Source: a virus (Duplodnaviria > Caudoviricetes). From it: a stretch of DNA of 64,000 nt. The position numbers were made by a program, and so were the translations under genes. Location: IMG/VR virus record IMGVR_UViG_3300008259_003073; one strand, given 5' to 3'. Numbering within the stretch: the stretch's first letter is position 1; each line of letters opens with the position of its first letter. The notes below the pieces were generated by a model. The model worked only from the letters and a program-made list of their open reading frames with translations. It had not been told where the DNA came from and made no database searches. This document shows, one piece after another, positions 28,701 to 38,235 of this stretch.

Positions 28701-30257
28701 AGCAATATAGATATAACCATTATCACCTGCGGTGTAGGCATCAGTTACTTTAATTTTTTGAATTCTATCTAAACTATTACCAGTAGCTATATCTAAATTA
28801 TTACCAGCAAATCCAAAATCTAAAGCACCACTAGGATGAAGTTTTACAAGATGATGGTAGTCGGAGAATGAATTCCATTGTTGAAAATCACCACCAATTA
28901 AAATTGCCTCTTCGGAACCACTAGGTAGTAATGCTACTGAATAAAAATTATCATCTCCAAATCCAGGAGATGTAGATACTACTAAAGAAGTATCAATAGT
29001 ACCATCTGGATTTACTCGTCTACTTCCTGATGGAAAACTACCTACACAAACTATTTTATTATCGCTTTGAATTGCAATATCTCTAATTTCACCAAATGAA
29101 CCCCAAGATTGAGCCTCAAATGATGTATCTAATATACCATCGGAATCTAACCTTGCAAGTCCATAACGCAATGCACCATTAACTCTACTAAAATTACCAC
29201 CTACTATAATTTTACCATCAGATTGAGTAACAAATGTATTTACATATCCGCCAGTATCACCTCCTATTGTTGTACTAAATACAGGTGCGGAGAAAGAAGT
29301 ATCTATCGTACCATTCGAATTTAATCTTGCTATATCATTTGTAGTATGTCCATCTACAGATGTAAATCTACCAGCAATTAATATCTTACCATCACCTAAT
29401 ACTAATGATTTTTTTATAATTGTAGATTCTGAACCTGAAAAATCTAAATTGAATGTGGAATTTAAAGCAGGTATATTTTGTGTCAATGATGCATCTAATT
29501 CAAACCCATCAGAATTAATACTACCACTCACTAAAACTGAACCAGATAGTATTGTTGGACCTATATTTCTAAAAGTAGATGAACCACTAATAGTTAAGGA
29601 ACCACTAATAGTTTGATTACCTACAAATATATTACTTCCAGTAGTCGCATAACTTGCAGTTACACTTTGTAAATTATCTACTTCACCTTGTAATGATGAA
29701 GTGATAAGTTCTATATTATCTAATCTACTATCAGCAGATTGAGTAAAAGTGTTATATCCAGTATTGATTGATTCTTGTGATGCAGTAAATGCATTTAAAG
29801 ATTGAGATACAATTGATATTGCATCAAATTGGGAATCTATTGAAGATGATAATAATACTATATCAATACCATTTACACTACCAGTAAAAGATGCACTTAT
29901 ACTATTAGCATATACAGTTCTCCATTTTGCACCAGATGTTCCTAAATCGAGAGTTCCGTTTCCACCTGGAACTAAATTAGTTGTAAATACACCTGGAACA
30001 CTAATATTATCCCCGGTGTTGTTTCCTAAAAATAAGTTACCAGATATTGCAACATCACCACTAAAATATGCGTTTGATGCGGTTATATTTCCTGTCAATA
30101 TAACATCACCATTTACAGGTGCATTTAAAGTTAATACATTGTAGTTATTTGAACCACTACCAAATTGTAAAGAACCAGAACCCTGATGTAGATATAATTC
30201 ACCTTCTGTAAGTGATTCATTTGTAGTTCCTCTTCTTATTTGAAATATAGCTGCCAT
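25716..30257 (-). CDS. long fibre/adhesin-like virion protein (1513 aa) with a delta-60-type beta-propeller and a 21-aa repeat stalk
   Basis: N-terminus IFQIRRGT..L.EGELY; seven DGK(I/L)xxGxF...R(L)xxxGxxDxxF-type repeats; tandem NNFSASVTxSLESxYQTTASL units; Thr-rich Ig-like C-terminus. Confidence 0.75.
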   Translation of the reverse strand: MAAIFQIRRGTTNESLTEGELYLHQGSGSLQFGSGSNNYNVLTLNAPVNGDVILTGNITASNAYFSGDVAISGNLFLGNNTGDNISVPGVFTTNLVPGGNGTLDLGTSGAKWRTVYANSISASFTGSVNGIDIVLLSSSIDSQFDAISIVSQSLNAFTASQESINTGYNTFTQSADSRLDNIELITSSLQGEVDNLQSVTASYATTGSNIFVGNQTISGSLTISGSSTFRNIGPTILSGSVLVSGSINSDGFELDASLTQNIPALNSTFNLDFSGSESTIIKKSLVLGDGKILIAGRFTSVDGHTTNDIARLNSNGTIDTSFSAPVFSTTIGGDTGGYVNTFVTQSDGKIIVGGNFSRVNGALRYGLARLDSDGILDTSFEAQSWGSFGEIRDIAIQSDNKIVCVGSFPSGSRRVNPDGTIDTSLVVSTSPGFGDDNFYSVALLPSGSEEAILIGGDFQQWNSFSDYHHLVKLHPSGALDFGFAGNNLDIATGNSLDRIQKIKVTDAYTAGDNGYIYIAGRFKDTRVGAQGRNAGFARLTTDDVAFGRGAYDNGFRLYISGSDQNTPGVQYVNDFDFYDGDKILIGGSFTSLGNPLASYQTTNRFIIVDYDNGSLIDGFSTSTYRLNTGSVNSVTLLPNDNVLVGGTFTQANLTAREGLASLKLAGLGEVTTTSEYTISANVNELLISSSNTYFSGYVSASVISSSFVGDGSGLTGVTAADVEFANVLNKPTLVSGSSQIISILNPLNNFSASVTSSLESIYQTTASLNSYTSSLKTAITVDGVNTTILGNLSVLGVTTTVHSNEVNIGDNIIQLNYGYSQTQAGIEVTDATGGSLLSGSLLWDSTIDYWKAGKKGAESKILLAGGDSVFTSSLQLTEINNTTASLNQTTASLNNFSASVTTSLESIYQTTSSLNLFSASVTASLVSVYQTTASLNLYTQSVNNDLASIHQSSASLNLFSASVTSSLESVYQTTASLNNFSASVTASLSSIYETTASLNNFSASVTSSLESVYQTTASLNNFSASVTASLESVYQTTASINLFSASVTASLESIYQTTASLNNFTGSQLTQNTALATITGSLIISASQSYISASLMTSSVKDHEERLVYLEGIGGISGGNPLTQLNTFSASAKISIENLNTFTSSFSESVSASIAALESSSGYINYVTNSIEQLTGIEVADFDSNVAVTFINGTLKFIFGTPAIPTSIATSLSGFLTDRFNNVNDAYIVNGTWSNQGYTLVSASLYEGSTLLTEVGSGTSLSFSTTTSGSHTYRLEYTASSPLDGTLYKTSTTATGTISKSSPASPTLTPTATVQLGASSNQIEQGATGSISFTSSSADPSNSWNLVNTTTNVSTPYFVTGSATGSTSISITATANYASPIGDNIPDLTTTSTTTTTYTKIRSLRYGASDASSFTAGELENIGAWDTTLGGSIGTISKGTTTASGQTLTISWTGDKYLYIVFDSARPNLTGISTSGFAVLGQFTLTTIGQYKVYRTTVPNAGGAGSSITYTLT
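27070..27582 (-). repeat. 63-bp (21-aa) tandem repeat, about 8 units, within the fibre gene
   Basis: Recurrent + strand unit ...acacttgcactaaaattatttaaacttgc(a/g/c)gtagttt... at 63-nt spacing; one further copy near 27960-28020. Confidence 0.85.
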
Positions 30258-30287
30258 TTATTGTTATTTCTGTTTTGTATAAATATC

Positions 30288-31088
30288 TTAAATATTAAAA
30301 TCTAAATCACCTGATTCCGAAATATATTTTGCCAAGTGCATATAGTTTGCAGTTATACTGCCAGTTGTTACATTTATTGCAGATGCACTTACCGATAAAC
30401 GAGTAGTATTACCAATTACAACATCAAATGAACCTGTCCGTGCTATTGCTAGAGTATTAGCAGTTGAATCTTCTATGAAGTTTACAGTTCCTGCTGCTTC
30501 GGGGTCTAAATTAAAATCAAATGTGTTTGGTCCTGCGGATACACCAACTTCTGTTCCATTTACTAAAAATGAACCACTTACAGAAACTGAACCTGTGAAT
30601 GAATGAATATCATCGGATGTATTACCGAATTTAGAACTACCACTTTCAAAAAGTATAGATGAAGAAATTACTGATATATTAAATTGTCTAGCATTTACTT
30701 CACCTAATACGGTTAAATTATTTGTAATGGTTTGAGAACCACTTAATATTAAGCTCCCACTTAATAATGCGGAACTACCTGTAATATCTCCACTTATATC
30801 AATATCACCTGCTCCTATAATATCATTTGTTACATACAAATCTCTAGTTATATTGGCGTCTTGTGTTACTACTAATTCCCCAAAGGAACCCGTTCGAGTT
30901 AAGGCTATAGAGCCAGTTGTAATTGAGTTTGTTACTACAATACCTTCTATGGAATCTAAATTTCCGGAACGCTTAATAAATACCTTACCATCGTAAGTGT
31001 TTATTGCTATTTCCCCAACATTTAATGAACCAGTATCTGGTACTTTGCCAGGTAGCGATGAACGCTTTAGTATAATACTTTGTGCCAT
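30288..31088 (-). CDS. fibre-associated protein with an Mtd_N-like N-terminal domain
   Basis: MAQSIILKRSSLPGKVPDTGSLNVGEIAINTYDGKVFIK. Confidence 0.65.
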   Translation of the reverse strand: MAQSIILKRSSLPGKVPDTGSLNVGEIAINTYDGKVFIKRSGNLDSIEGIVVTNSITTGSIALTRTGSFGELVVTQDANITRDLYVTNDIIGAGDIDISGDITGSSALLSGSLILSGSQTITNNLTVLGEVNARQFNISVISSSILFESGSSKFGNTSDDIHSFTGSVSVSGSFLVNGTEVGVSAGPNTFDFNLDPEAAGTVNFIEDSTANTLAIARTGSFDVVIGNTTRLSVSASAINVTTGSITANYMHLAKYISESGDLDFNI

Positions 31089-31123
31089 ATATATGAGCTG
31101 TAGATTATTTGATATTATGTAAT

Positions 31124-31149
31124 AAAAAAAGGTACTATATAGTACCTTT
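31124..31149 (-). terminator. perfect 22-bp palindrome with T tract (terminator-like)
   Basis: AAAGGTACTATATAGTACCTTT followed by further T on the minus strand. Confidence 0.6.
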
Positions 31150-31176
31150 ATAAATATATGATATTTTTATAATCGT

Positions 31177-31827
31177 TTAAAATTCTCCAGCATCTGGACC
31201 CAATGAAGAAGATGCTTCTAAAGCTGCTAATCTATTAGCTACTGAACCACTAAATGCTAATACATCTCCAATTCCATAAAGTGAACCACTAAAACCATTT
31301 GTAGTTGTAAAAGTTCCTCTAACTTCCTCATTGTATCTAAATTCAACTGCGGTAGGAGTAGTTGCTACTTTATAAAGAGAGCCACTACCTTGTATAAATC
31401 CGATTGTTCCTGCAAATGGTTCCGAATTGAAATCGAAATCATCGGGTCTCATTGAAGCAGTGATACCCGTCAATCCACCACCAAAACCTACATAAGCAGA
31501 TGCTGATACAATAGATGCGGATACTGCTCCTGCAATATCAATATCACCATTGCCAACAATATCTCTAGTTACAAATAAATCCTGTCCAATGTTTGCATCA
31601 AAATCAATACTAGCTTCACCAAATGAACCAGTTCCAGTCAATGTTATTGAACCAGTGGTAATCGAATTGGTAGTAACTAATGTTTGAATTGATTGTGAAG
31701 AACCCGATTTATGTAAATAAACTTTACCATCATATACGTTTACACCTAACTCACCTACTAATAGAGAGCCAGTATCAGGAACTTTTCCTGCTATGAGCGA
31801 CCGTTTTTGTAATATTTTTTGAGCCAT
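31177..31827 (-). CDS. fibre-associated protein with an Mtd_N-like N-terminus (paralogue of 30288..31088)
   Basis: MAQKILQKRSLIAGKVPDTGSLLVGELGVNVYDGKVYLHK, plus shared TNSITTGSI and FDFN segments. Confidence 0.65.
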   Translation of the reverse strand: MAQKILQKRSLIAGKVPDTGSLLVGELGVNVYDGKVYLHKSGSSQSIQTLVTTNSITTGSITLTGTGSFGEASIDFDANIGQDLFVTRDIVGNGDIDIAGAVSASIVSASAYVGFGGGLTGITASMRPDDFDFNSEPFAGTIGFIQGSGSLYKVATTPTAVEFRYNEEVRGTFTTTNGFSGSLYGIGDVLAFSGSVANRLAALEASSSLGPDAGEF

Positions 31828-31860
31828 TATGATTGATGTTTTTTGTTCATTTATAATTTT

Positions 31861-31889
31861 AAAAACCCCCCTCTTTGGAAGGGGGGTTT
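31861..31889 (-). terminator. intrinsic terminator
   Basis: AAACCCCCCT-TCCAAAG-AGGGGGGTTTTT on the minus strand, just after the stop at 31895. Confidence 0.8.
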
Positions 31890-31894
31890 AGTAT

Positions 31895-34510
31895 TTAGAA
31901 TGAACCACCATCAATTGTGTTACTCATTACAAAATCAGTGCCATCCCATTGTAGTAAATCTCCAGCTACACTTGCGGTTGGAACTAAATCCAAATTACCA
32001 TTTGTGTTTCGGAATGCCACTCGTTTAGAACTTCCTGCTGCCGAACCCAAATTAAAGGATGCGGTAACCGCAGGTGCAATTAATGCTACCGATGAAGTAA
32101 ATGATGTAGATGAATGTTGATAAACAAAATTTGCATTTGCTCCAGCGATTTCTATACCAGCGCCATCTGCCGTTGCCGATGATGTTGAACCACTTGCTAA
32201 TGTAATTAATTTATCTTCTACTATTAATGTTGCAGTGTTTAATGTTACAGTATTACCTTGTACTACTAAATCACCACCTACTACTACATCACCTGTCGTT
32301 GTTACTTTTGCAAATGTTACATTATTGCCAGTACCTACTCCTTGTATTGTTCCAGTTCCTTCTAATGTATCTAATCTACTATCTACTGAAGAACTGAATG
32401 TTGTTCCAAAAGATGAAGTAAATGAGTTGATATTCGTAATAGAAATATCTACACTAGCTGATTTCGAATTTAAGTTAGTGATAGAAACACTAGCAGCGGA
32501 TGCCGATGAAATCAATGAACCACTAACTACGCCGATTTCAGTCAATCTCGTATCAACGCTTGCAGTATAAGTTGCTAAAGTTGAATTTTGAGTTAATTGA
32601 GAACCACTAAATGTGTTTAAGTTTGTTATTGAAATATTAGCAGCGGATGCGGAACTAATTAATGAACCACTTACTGTTGCTAATGCAGTATTTTGAGTTA
32701 ATTGAGAACCACTAAATGAATTTAATGCGTCAATTGATACTTGCTGTGATGCAGAGGATGAGTTTAATGCAGTTACCGAAGTATTTACACTTGCACTAAA
32801 TGTATTTAAGTTTGTTATAGAAACTCCTTGTGAATCATTTGTAGTTTTTGCTGCCGAAGCTGAAGCAATTAAACTTCCACTAACTACTCCTATTTCCGTT
32901 AATCTAGTTTCAACTGAAGCAGTGTAGGTTGCTAAAGTTGAATTTTGAGTTAATTGAGAAGATGTAAATGAGTTTAAGTTTGTTATGGAAACTCCAACAC
33001 CAGAACCTACGTTTGCAACTACTTCTGCGATTGATGCGGATACTGAACCACTAAATGAACTAAAGTTTGTAGTTTGAGTTACATCAATTTGAGATGAACC
33101 ACTCACTACTCCGTTAGTTGCGTTTAATGTTCCAACACTCAATGAACCTGTTACGATTACATCACCTGCTACTGAAATACTTGTCGTACCATTCTGTGTG
33201 ATAATGGAACTTCCAATGTGGTCTTCACCAAGCGCAACCATAATTTTACCAGCTGTCAATACGGTTTCATCACCCAATGAACCAGTATTGATTGGACCGT
33301 ATATTAGTACTGCGGAATTGGCAACTTCTGTTGAACTTGAAGGTCTAACTGAAACCCAATGGTCTCTTAATGAATCCCAATAAAGTGAACCTGTAGCTTG
33401 AGTTGAACCAGAATCAATTACATCGATACCTGCAAATCTAATTGCTGGGGTTGAGGTGTTCAATACGATTGTATTATCACCTAATTGTAATACACTCGCA
33501 GTTACATTTAGAAGTGATGATGAACCATAAACAACTAAATCTTGTGTAATATATAATGAACCAGTAATTACTTGTGTTCCATTAAATACATTACCACTAT
33601 CAGTTCTTGCATAAGAACCACTATCTGCTTCAATTGCATCTAATCTTTGTTCGTGATTTGATGCAGTTGCGATTAATGAACCTGTGATGGTTGCTAATGC
33701 AGTATTTTGAGTTAATTGAGAACCACTAAATGAGTTTAAGTTTGTTATTGAAACACTAGCTGCACTTGCAGATGAAATCAATGAACCACTAACAACTCCG
33801 ATTTCAGTAAATCTAGTTTGAGCGGATTCAGTAAATGAGTTTATGTTACTAACTGAAGTATTTAAACTTGCAGTTGTAGAATTCAAATTAGTTATTGAAA
33901 CGTTTTGAGAATCATTTGTAGTTTTAGCTGCTGATGCGGATGCTATTAAACTTCCACTTACAACGCCAACTTCTGTTAATCGTGTTTCAACGGAACCTGT
34001 ATAAGTTGCTAACGTACCATCTTTTTCTAATTGAGAAGAACTGAATGAATTTAGTGCTCCTAAACTAACTAAAGTACTACCACTAAAAGTATTTAATGCC
34101 GCTACAGATGTACCAATTGCACCACTACCAATTGATGCACTTAATGCGTTGATTGATGATGCAACCGATGAACTAAAGTTACTAATGTTACCTGTTAAAT
34201 CAGGAATATCATTGGCTCCTTCACCCAACAAATATAAGGTAGAACTACCACTTGCGTAGTAAGGAACTCCTTTTACTAATCCGTTGTAAGTACCAGCCGC
34301 AAATGTATTTGGTGCTGCGTTTCCTACGAGAAATCTATTTACCGCTTGTACCTGTCCATTTTCTGGAACTGCAAATACAATCGATGCACCATTCGTTACC
34401 GTAAGGTTAGATGAGCCTGAAGCAATTACTAATTCACCTTTCTGTAAGGATGATGTTACTGCGGATAGGGCTTCTAAACTACCGCGTCTGTGTTTAATGA
34501 TTTGTGCCAT
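31895..34510 (-). CDS. tail fibre-like protein (871 aa)
   Basis: MAQIIKHRRGSL...LQKGELVIA N-terminus; repeated LNSFSGSQLTQN..LAT..GSLI.SASAA modules shared with the other fibres; C-terminal IDGGSF. Confidence 0.7.
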   Translation of the reverse strand: MAQIIKHRRGSLEALSAVTSSLQKGELVIASGSSNLTVTNGASIVFAVPENGQVQAVNRFLVGNAAPNTFAAGTYNGLVKGVPYYASGSSTLYLLGEGANDIPDLTGNISNFSSSVASSINALSASIGSGAIGTSVAALNTFSGSTLVSLGALNSFSSSQLEKDGTLATYTGSVETRLTEVGVVSGSLIASASAAKTTNDSQNVSITNLNSTTASLNTSVSNINSFTESAQTRFTEIGVVSGSLISSASAASVSITNLNSFSGSQLTQNTALATITGSLIATASNHEQRLDAIEADSGSYARTDSGNVFNGTQVITGSLYITQDLVVYGSSSLLNVTASVLQLGDNTIVLNTSTPAIRFAGIDVIDSGSTQATGSLYWDSLRDHWVSVRPSSSTEVANSAVLIYGPINTGSLGDETVLTAGKIMVALGEDHIGSSIITQNGTTSISVAGDVIVTGSLSVGTLNATNGVVSGSSQIDVTQTTNFSSFSGSVSASIAEVVANVGSGVGVSITNLNSFTSSQLTQNSTLATYTASVETRLTEIGVVSGSLIASASAAKTTNDSQGVSITNLNTFSASVNTSVTALNSSSASQQVSIDALNSFSGSQLTQNTALATVSGSLISSASAANISITNLNTFSGSQLTQNSTLATYTASVDTRLTEIGVVSGSLISSASAASVSITNLNSKSASVDISITNINSFTSSFGTTFSSSVDSRLDTLEGTGTIQGVGTGNNVTFAKVTTTGDVVVGGDLVVQGNTVTLNTATLIVEDKLITLASGSTSSATADGAGIEIAGANANFVYQHSSTSFTSSVALIAPAVTASFNLGSAAGSSKRVAFRNTNGNLDLVPTASVAGDLLQWDGTDFVMSNTIDGGSF

Positions 34511-34612
34511 ATTGTGTTGGTTAATCCCTTTTTGATTTAATTACGATTATACTTTAATAAATATGTTTTTTTTTACGAACCGAATGTTTCGCATGTTACA
34601 TTTATATTTTTT

Positions 34613-35032
34613 TTACCATTCACCCATGTCGATGTTAATGTTTGATTGGGATAAGGTAAGTTCTGCATCTGTTGCAAATGTATTATCCAACGATGCGGTG
34701 AATTGGTTAATAGATGCGGAATGTTGGTTCAATGGATTTAATATATCAATTACTTGTGATGAACCAGAAACTAATGTTGGTCTATTTAGTATATTTTCAT
34801 ATTCTATTGATGATGCCTGTGTTCCACCAACTACTCTAGAACCTGTGAGACTTCCCGTAGTATCTGATAATACAACTTGTGCCGATGAAGATATAACTCC
34901 TTCGGGTAATACTGCACCAACTTCCGATGTAATAACATTAATTACAGATTGCGAAAAATCGTTACCAACTTGTGCCGCCGTATTTAATGCCGAACCACTT
35001 TCTATTTGTTTTAATCTTATAAAGTTTGCCAT
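34613..35032 (-). CDS. small virion protein (fibre family, VSGSSQ motifs)
   Basis: Shares ENILNRPTLVSGSSQVIDILNPLN with the 1513-aa protein; ends IDMGEW. Confidence 0.6.
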   Translation of the reverse strand: MANFIRLKQIESGSALNTAAQVGNDFSQSVINVITSEVGAVLPEGVISSSAQVVLSDTTGSLTGSRVVGGTQASSIEYENILNRPTLVSGSSQVIDILNPLNQHSASINQFTASLDNTFATDAELTLSQSNINIDMGEW

Positions 35033-35081
35033 ATCCTATAAATATCTTTCTTTATTATAATCCGTTTATTCAATTTTTTTA

Positions 35082-36476
35082 TTATGCAAATCTAGGAGAT
35101 AAGAAATTATATTGTTGTTGTATTTCGTTCAATGATAATTTTCTATTATATAAATACAAATTAGCCAAATATCCCCAAGGTTGACTAACTACATCATTAT
35201 TACCCCAACCCCAATGAATATTTCCACCTACACCTTGTGCAATTGAATTTCCCACTTGTGAACCATTTATATAAAATGTTTGGGATGAATTATCACCAAC
35301 TACTGCAAATTGAGTCCAAACTTCTTGAAATGCCGATGCATCGTATCCTGAACTTCTGAATGCAGTATCCCAATAACCCAATATACTTCCACCATTTGAA
35401 ATAGTAATCGGTGTATATCTTGGTGAACTTGTATAAAGTAATGTTCTAAATCCAGAATTATTATTTATCAATCTTGTCCAAGTAATGTATGTGTATCCCG
35501 TTGTTGGTAGGGTTGGACCTGTTCCGTTTACTGCAACTCTATTATTTCCGGTTGTGCAATCAAAACATTTTACACCATTTAATGTAGTAAATGTTGCACC
35601 TATCATTGTATGATTATACGAATTAGTTAAATCATAAACAGTTGTTCCACTACCAGGATAACTTGTTGAATTATTTGCATCTAATTGAATTAACAATCCA
35701 TCGGTGGTTAAATTAGGAAGTGTTGATACGGTAGAATTATAATTAGATAATATCTGTGCATCGGTTAGAGCAGAATTATATACTCTCATTATACCAAATC
35801 TACCATCGAAATTAGTTCCATCACCTTGACTTGTAGAATCTGCAAAACCAAAATTCATATAAAATGCCATAGAACTATTCATTGGTGAATCCCATGCTAC
35901 ATTTACCGAACCTTTATATACACCATCGATATATCCTTTACATACCGAACCATTATAAGTTAAAACTATTTGATGCCATTGATTAAATGAAACTGCACCT
36001 ATGTTGCCACTTGATGTTACTATACCACCATTCCAAAATCCAACTTCTAAATTACCACCAACTATTTCTATTGCGGAATGGTGATATGATGTGTTTGGAC
36101 TTGTACTATTATTGTACTGAACTAATACTCCATTATTGGTTGGATATACCCATAATTCTACTGAATGGGTTTCATTAGCCGATGTTATTAGTGAACTTAA
36201 ATTTGGTGTTGTTATATAATCATCAACAAAGGTAAAATAATTACCAGTCCAAGTTGGAGAACCTGTAATTGTTCCATTTCTACTATTACCACTTATATCA
36301 ATAATAGTTACCCCACTACCATTATATGATGCCGTATTAAATGTGTTATAATGTAAAAGTAAATTTTGAGTAACTACTGCAGATGTAGTTGGCCATATTT
36401 GATTATTATTCAAAAATGCTTTTGTTGCACTTACTCCGTTAAATTTTATATCGGTTGCATTTCCAAATACTGGCAT
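35082..36476 (-). CDS. tandem LamG/concanavalin A-like domain virion protein
   Basis: Two LxLxxDxxNxxSYxGSG-started domains with HSVELWVYP, WHQIVLTY, GYIDG, GIMRVYNSALT and FYINGS, LYLYNRKLS motifs. Confidence 0.8.
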   Translation of the reverse strand: MPVFGNATDIKFNGVSATKAFLNNNQIWPTTSAVVTQNLLLHYNTFNTASYNGSGVTIIDISGNSRNGTITGSPTWTGNYFTFVDDYITTPNLSSLITSANETHSVELWVYPTNNGVLVQYNNSTSPNTSYHHSAIEIVGGNLEVGFWNGGIVTSSGNIGAVSFNQWHQIVLTYNGSVCKGYIDGVYKGSVNVAWDSPMNSSMAFYMNFGFADSTSQGDGTNFDGRFGIMRVYNSALTDAQILSNYNSTVSTLPNLTTDGLLIQLDANNSTSYPGSGTTVYDLTNSYNHTMIGATFTTLNGVKCFDCTTGNNRVAVNGTGPTLPTTGYTYITWTRLINNNSGFRTLLYTSSPRYTPITISNGGSILGYWDTAFRSSGYDASAFQEVWTQFAVVGDNSSQTFYINGSQVGNSIAQGVGGNIHWGWGNNDVVSQPWGYLANLYLYNRKLSLNEIQQQYNFLSPRFA

Positions 36477-36479
36477 AAC

Positions 36480-37355
36480 TTATCCTATTATAATGTAAAG
36501 AGTTCCACTTACGGGTGTCAATGCTGCGTATGAAGCCGATGTTATGGTTTGTATTGATGCTACATTTGATGAACTAACAAAACTAGCACTCAATGCATAT
36601 CTTGTATCAAATGAAGATGTTAATTGTGATGAACCACTAATTACACTATCTCCACCAATTGTTAAATATCTTGCATCGTATGATGAAGTTAATTGAGATG
36701 AAGAACTTATTGCTCCACTTAAACTTGTCAAAAATGAACCCGTTTCACTTTCAGTAATCCAACTACCACTTACACTCTCAATTGCATTTAATCTATTTAC
36801 TAAACTACCAGTCGAAATACTTGCAGTATATTCATTAAAAGAAGATGTAGTTACTAAATGTGTTAAACTTTGTTCGTTTGTTGCTGCAATAATTCTATTA
36901 TCTACCGATGCACTAAATGTATCAAATGAACTGGTTTGTAATCTAGCATTTATTCCGTTTGTAAATGCAGTATTTAGTGTAGATTGTGAAGATGTAAATG
37001 AATTCAATGAACTTATATCTACTGATTCGGATATAAACCCAAATGATGTTATTTGTGCAGATGAAGATATAGTTCCCGTTGGTATCGTTACCGATGAACT
37101 AATAAATCCAAATGCGGTTATTTGTGCAGATGAACTTATAACACTTCTACCTTTTGATTCAAACGAAGATGTTACAGATTCTAACGATGTTAATCTATCT
37201 CTATCTAATATATTTACTCTCGATGTAACTGCGTCTGCAAGAACATCCAATTCTATTCTATAAGTTGTACCACCATCTACACCAACAATTGTTGTATCTA
37301 ATGATGCGGATGGTAGTGGAGTTAATTCTAGTATTCTTTTTCTTACGTTTGCCAT
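36480..37355 (-). CDS. fibre/collar-associated protein with ISSSAQI/SSQL repeats
   Basis: N-terminal RILELTPL...IVGVDGGTTYRI adaptor-like motif followed by S-rich repeats. Confidence 0.6.
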   Translation of the reverse strand: MANVRKRILELTPLPSASLDTTIVGVDGGTTYRIELDVLADAVTSRVNILDRDRLTSLESVTSSFESKGRSVISSSAQITAFGFISSSVTIPTGTISSSAQITSFGFISESVDISSLNSFTSSQSTLNTAFTNGINARLQTSSFDTFSASVDNRIIAATNEQSLTHLVTTSSFNEYTASISTGSLVNRLNAIESVSGSWITESETGSFLTSLSGAISSSSQLTSSYDARYLTIGGDSVISGSSQLTSSFDTRYALSASFVSSSNVASIQTITSASYAALTPVSGTLYIIIG

Positions 37356-37358
37356 TTA

Positions 37359-37913
37359 TTATATTATTATATCTAAACCATCTTCGGTTGTTATGATAAA
37401 ATTATCTTCAGTTGCAATTGGAATATCTACCAATTTACCTATAACATATATATCGTTTATTGTTATGGAATCATAATCTATATAATTATCTAATAATGTG
37501 ATTACCACATTGTTTCCAACTTCTTTAACAGTGTAATGTCCTGGTAAATGTAATCCATAAACTAATATCTCAAAATTTTCAGGAGATGCTCCTTCAGTTC
37601 CATAATCCAATGCTACATTATAAATCGTAAGAGTTCCAAAACCAGTATTATCAAAAGCATCTATTAGTCTTGATACCACCCTTCCACTAAATTGTAAAAT
37701 TTCATTATGAAATTCTGATATTTTTGTTTTATTATTTACTAATTTAGTTGGGTTTGGATTGGATTTAGAATTTGAATTAAATTTATTTGTAGTCGGTGAT
37801 TCTATATTCAACAAGCTACCTGTGATGTATAACTCATCATTTAAATTATTAGGATTTATTTTTGGTATAATCCTATTTAATTTTTTCGCATTTGAATTAA
37901 ATCTATTAAGCAT
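37359..37913 (-). CDS. hypothetical virion protein
   Basis: 184-aa ORF in the structural operon; C-terminal IATEDNFIITTEDG motif typical of fibre attachment segments. Confidence 0.55.
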   Translation of the reverse strand: MLNRFNSNAKKLNRIIPKINPNNLNDELYITGSLLNIESPTTNKFNSNSKSNPNPTKLVNNKTKISEFHNEILQFSGRVVSRLIDAFDNTGFGTLTIYNVALDYGTEGASPENFEILVYGLHLPGHYTVKEVGNNVVITLLDNYIDYDSITINDIYVIGKLVDIPIATEDNFIITTEDGLDIII

Positions 37914-38235
37914 ATTGTTCTATATCACCTGTTACTTCAATATAATCATCGTCATCCAACTCAAATTCAAAATTATTTTTTATAAATTTGATTAGTATCC
38001 CTTCACTTCCTTGCTCTACTATATAATCGTTTGCAGAAATATATTGAGTGTTAATTATTACTCTCAATCTATCCTGCATTGCTCTGTATTCTATTTCTCT
38101 TAATAACTCAACAAATCTCCAACCTTTTGCTTCCCATATCGAATATGTAGGATGATTTAAATCCTTTGGAGTCAATTCAGGATCACCTAATTTTCTACTA
38201 ATTTTTTGAGTTATATCTAAAAGGCTTCTCTTCAT
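37906..38235 (-). CDS. hypothetical virion protein
   Basis: 109 aa, coupled by a TAATG overlap to the upstream gene. Confidence 0.55.
   Translation of the reverse strand: MKRSLLDITQKISRKLGDPELTPKDLNHPTYSIWEAKGWRFVELLREIEYRAMQDRLRVIINTQYISANDYIVEQGSEGILIKFIKNNFEFELDDDDYIEVTGDIEQYA

Noticed and set aside
30288-34510. Possible diversity-generating retroelement suggested by Mtd_N-like N-termini
   Set aside because: There is no reverse transcriptase, no template/variable repeat pair differing at adenines and no C-type lectin C-terminus in this window. Mtd_N-like domains are generic fibre anchors.
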